A stretch of 64,000 nt of DNA from a bacterium. GTDB lineage: Bacteria > Zhuqueibacterota > Zhuqueibacteria > Residuimicrobiales > Krinioviventaceae. A program made the translations under genes and the position numbers. The notes below the pieces were generated by a model. That model saw only the letters and a program-made list of their open reading frames with translations. It was not told the origin of the DNA and did not search any database. Location: assembly GCA_963693055.1 (NCBI GenBank), contig OY843751.1:5056001-5120000 (forward strand), given 5' to 3'. Below, one piece after another: positions 60,413 through 64,000 of the stretch (the first letter of the stretch is position 1; every line of letters starts with the position of its first letter).

Positions 60413-61318
60413 TTGATAGACACATTCACACTCATTTTACACGATGCCATTGTTATTACAGCAACAAGTTTTTTCCTTCTGCTTTACATGCGCTTACAAA
60501 AAACCTATTCCGGATTTGACTTGTGGCTGCTAAGCATGTTTTTAACAGGCACTGTTTACTTTATAATGCTGGGTAGAGAGATATTTATTCCGGCATGGAC
60601 AAGTATTCTTTTAGTAAATTTTACATTCACCCTGGCAGCCATTATTCGATACGATGGCACCCTTCGATTCACCTTTGATCGGCGCTTGAATAAAAAATAT
60701 TATTTGATCCCGATATTTCAATTACTAATTGCCATTTACTTTACATTCTTTCAGGATGAAATTATTATTCGCAATTTCACTCTCACATTAATTATTTGCT
60801 ATATGGCAGTTTCAATAGCTATTCTCTTCTTTAAACGATCAAGGAAAAAAAAGACAACCATCTATTTATTTGCGGGTTATTTACAATTAATTTTTTCTAT
60901 ATTATTATTTTTGCGTGCATTTTTTTGGATATTCACCCCCCAAAGAGGATTATTCGACTCGAGTTCCCTGCATATTGTATACTTTATATTCATTACCATA
61001 TACGAGTTTGGCTGGGGCGTTTGCATCATGATGCTCAATGGGAAACGCCTTGAAGATGAATTAAAAGAATCAAAAGATAAGCTGGATGTTACAGTCAAAG
61101 AGCTGATAAAAGCAATATCCGAACTCAAAACATTGAGCGGCCTGGTCCCCATTTGCTCATCTTGTAAAAGCATAAGGGACGACAAAGGTTACTGGAACCA
61201 ACTGGAAGCTTATGTTGAAAAACACTCTGACGCAAGATTCAGTCACGGCATCTGTCCTGATTGCGCAAGAAAATTATACCCACAATTGTATCCCGATACT
61301 GACAACGATAATGAATGA
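60413..61318 (+). CDS. 7-TM membrane sensor with coiled coil and C-terminal Cys/His (Zn-finger-like) domain
   Basis: Seven hydrophobic segments; LSGLVPICSSCKSIRDDKGYW...FSHGICPDC. Confidence 0.75.
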   Translation: MIDTFTLILHDAIVITATSFFLLLYMRLQKTYSGFDLWLLSMFLTGTVYFIMLGREIFIPAWTSILLVNFTFTLAAIIRYDGTLRFTFDRRLNKKYYLIPIFQLLIAIYFTFFQDEIIIRNFTLTLIICYMAVSIAILFFKRSRKKKTTIYLFAGYLQLIFSILLFLRAFFWIFTPQRGLFDSSSLHIVYFIFITIYEFGWGVCIMMLNGKRLEDELKESKDKLDVTVKELIKAISELKTLSGLVPICSSCKSIRDDKGYWNQLEAYVEKHSDARFSHGICPDCARKLYPQLYPDTDNDNE

Positions 61319-61466
61319 AAATTAATCCCCTGATAATGGATACTACTGCTCCGGATGCTCTTGACCAATCCCCTAAAAATTACACACCCAGAGTAAAAAA
61401 ATCAATTATACATAAAAATCCACAATCCCCTCAAAAAACTATTACAACGTGGAAAACACTATCACA

Positions 61467-61943
61467 TCAATACATGAAATCATACTTGCTTTCATTATAG
61501 CCATAGTTGGTAAAATTACCAATGGTAGGATGTTCAAGCTGTACAAATTCATCCACCGGCACTTTGATTACATTGTCATGCGTTCCCGTATTAAAACAGA
61601 TCTCTTTTTTCTCAAGAACCGTATTTGAGCAATACACCGGTATATCTACCAGTGTGCCCAGTGCGGGAAGAGCGGTAGCATCGCACTTGGGGAACAAGAC
61701 TTGACATTCATCTTCCTGTACAATATCAATGCGATCCACATGCAGCATACACTTCATGCGTTTGATATCAATATGCTCACTTTTCTTTAACACCATTAAA
61801 GCATACTGCCCATCTATTTTTACAGGTACGGTTTTAACGGTTCCGTCAAATTCATTATCATGATTGCTAAAATAATCGGACAAGATATCCCAATGAATTC
61901 TGTTGGTATTTAAATATTTTTTTATAACATCAGCATTTAACAT
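61467..61943 (-). CDS. YbaK/EbsC/ProX family aminoacyl-tRNA deacylase-like protein
   Basis: VKTV, LFP.C...ALP.LG, FN.GTH; GGAGG RBS. Confidence 0.75.
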   Translation of the reverse strand: MLNADVIKKYLNTNRIHWDILSDYFSNHDNEFDGTVKTVPVKIDGQYALMVLKKSEHIDIKRMKCMLHVDRIDIVQEDECQVLFPKCDATALPALGTLVDIPVYCSNTVLEKKEICFNTGTHDNVIKVPVDEFVQLEHPTIGNFTNYGYNESKYDFMY

Positions 61944-62218
61944 AACAAACCTCCAATATATAGTAAAAGGAGAAAATTAAATATATAAATTAATAAAATC
62001 TCTAGCCTGCAAGTCAGAGGTAATCAGAAAACTATAGAAGATGTGTATCCTGGCCCTTTTTATTTTTAACATCGCTAAAAATGGCAATATTCCGAGGATT
62101 TCAAACCGTCATAAAATTTTATTCTTGTATTAAGCAAATATTGGTTGTATTATTCAATACAGCAAGAGCAGCATTATTATGACCTTTATAATTCAATCAT
62201 ATAAAAAGGAGTGCAAAC

Positions 62219-63621
62219 ATGCAAGATCAAAAGTCTAGTGAAAAAAGGCAGGACAAGGGTCTGTCACGCCGGGAATTTCTTGGCGGTACTGCTGTAGCAG
62301 CAGGAGCCGCGTTTACGATTGTTCCCAGTTCAGTACTGGCCGGTAACGGAAAAACCGCCCCCAGTGACAAGATCAATATCGCAGCAATTGGAGCCGGTGG
62401 TATGGGCGGTGGAAATCTGTCCCGATGTGAGACCGAAAATATAGTTGCCTTGTGTGACGTTGATGATGACCGTGCCGCAAAGAGCTATGAAAAATATCCC
62501 GATGCAGCTCGTTACGCAGATTATCGTATTATGCTTGACAAACAAAAAGACATTGACGCGGTGATTGTTGCAACTCCAGACCATACGCATGCACCTGCGG
62601 GTATTGCCTGCATGAATCACGGTAAACATGTATATGTACAAAAACCCATGGCGCATACGGTTTTTGAAGCCCGTAAAATGGCCGAGGTTGCCAGAGCCAA
62701 TAACGTTATGACCCAAATGGGTAACCAGGGACATTCCGGCGAAGGTGTGCGTTTAATGACAGAATGGATCCAGGATGGCGCCATTGGCGATGTTCGCAAA
62801 GTGGTTGCATGGACCAACAGACCCGTATGGCCGCAAGGCTTGTATCGCCCTTATGAAAAACCCCGTGTTCCCGACACCATGAACTGGGACTTGTGGCTGG
62901 GTTCTGCCCCGTTCGTCCGTATCACCCCGCATACGCTCCCTGGAGCTGGCGCGCATGGTGGGACTTTGGCTGCGGTGCTATTGGAGATATGGCTTGCCAT
63001 GTACTGGACCCCGTCTTTACCGTAATGGAACCGGGTTTCCCCTCTTCTGTTGAAGCCTGTACGCCACAAGTGTATGTTGAAGGCAGAATCCTTAAAAATT
63101 CAATTGAAGAGTGCGGACCCACATCATCCATCATTCACTATCGTTTCCCCAAACGCAAAAAAATGCCGGCGTTTGAACTGACCTGGTACGATGGCGGACT
63201 CATGCCGCCCCGTCCGGAAGAACTGGAACCCGGCCGCAGAATGGGTGGCGGTAACAGTGGTGTAATTTTTGAAGGTGACAAGGGCAAGATCATGTGCGGC
63301 GAATATGGCGACAACCCCCGCATCATTCCCGAAGCCAAAATGAAAGAATACAAACAACCCAAACAAACTATTGAACGTGTTCCCGGCGGCAGCGGCGGCC
63401 ATGAACAGGATTGGATCCGCGCCTGTAAAGACGGCAAACCCGCCTGCTCAAACTTTGATTACGCCGGCCCCATGACCGAAACCGTATTGCTGGGTAATGT
63501 GGCAATCCGTGCCGGTAACAACCTGCAACTGGATTGGGACGGCCAAAACATGAAAGTGCTCAACCATGACGAAGCCAATCAGTATGTAAACAAACAATAC
63601 AGAGAAGGTTTTGGCATTTAA
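62219..63621 (+). pseudogene. Tat-exported Gfo/Idh/MocA oxidoreductase split by a single-base deletion (or sequencing error)
   Basis: ORF 62219..63025 carries the N-half (RREFL, ATPDHTH, YVQKP, WLGSAP); ORF 62893..63621 carries the C-half (VRPYHPAY..WR.WWDFG.G.IGDM.CH). Adding one C to the CCCC run at 62907-62910 restores WLGSAPVRPYH. Confidence 0.8.
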
Positions 63622-63642
63622 ATCAAAGTATTAAAAATTTCC

Positions 63643-63677
63643 TCCCGCCCAAGCTGTGCTTGGGTGGGATTTTTTTT
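63643..63677 (+). terminator. Rho-independent terminator
   Basis: TCCCGCCCAAGC-tgt-GCTTGGGTGGGA-T8. Confidence 0.8.
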
Positions 63678-63784
63678 AGGATTTGCTATATCCAACCTAC
63701 TTGATATTTCTCACGCCTCCCGACCAAGCTGCAAGACGGTGAAAATAATTATAAAAAACAGTATCGCATTTTTTATTAAAGACG

Positions 63785-63946
63785 TGGAGTGCATTACTTT
63801 TAAGGAATGCGGTCCGTCAAAGACGGCCCTGATGTAATTATACTTTTGAACTTACAATAACACTGTAATTTCTTTATATTTATTTAAGAGGTCAAATTTA
63901 TATCGGACCATTGGCCCGACACATCGCATAAACGCGATGCACTCCA
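63785..63946. repeat. 162-bp non-coding element bounded by 10-bp perfect inverted repeats
   Basis: TGGAGTGCAT (63785-63794) / ATGCACTCCA (63937-63946), with internal hairpins. Confidence 0.55.
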
Positions 63947-63970
63947 AAAACAAAAAAATTTCTAGTACGT

Positions 63971-63996
63971 ATCCCGGACTTGGCATCGGGATTTTT
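63971..63996 (+). terminator. Possible terminator hairpin
   Basis: ATCCCG-N10-CGGGAT-TTTT. Confidence 0.45.
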
Positions 63997-64000
63997 ATCT

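Noticed and set aside
61315-61500. 61-aa ORF after the 7-TM sensor
   Set aside because: No recognisable motif and overlaps the convergent ybaK-like gene; cannot be supported.

Overview
AT-rich (~40% GC by eye) chromosomal window from a diderm bacterium. Three proteins carry a 'YPNPFN' T9SS/FlgD-type C-terminal domain and several enzymes carry Tat signals, which suggests an FCB-related lineage such as KSB1 or Calditrichota (inference). In order, the window holds: a housekeeping run (NfeD-like fragment, acyl-CoA synthetase, AddAB-type helicase/nuclease, aminotransferase, MgrA, CAAX protease); a sulfation cluster (two arylsulfotransferases, a small 'AAA|YIGPG' membrane peptide, a membrane partner and a PAPS-dependent sulfotransferase); a B12 radical SAM gene flanked by two small membrane proteins; a PAS kinase/NtrC pair followed by a receiver protein, CheW and two MCP paralogues with sigma54-like promoters; two tandem arrays of unrecognised outer-membrane proteins (4 and 3 paralogues); a decayed IS3 remnant and an EF-hand pseudogene; a TetR-AKR-SDR unit; glycoside-catabolism genes (Tat-DegT, GH51, GH78, two Tat-Gfo/Idh/MocA, one frameshifted); a 14-repeat FG-GAP protein; and a nine-heme cytochrome c with Fn3 and T9SS-type domains, divergent from a Cys-rich MerR regulator. 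No rRNA, tRNA or CRISPR array was seen. The best candidates for undescribed systems are (1) the ASST/sulfotransferase/Tyr-peptide cluster, a possible trans-membrane sulfate relay, and (2) the T9SS-tagged nonaheme cytochrome with its two-CW MerR regulator.
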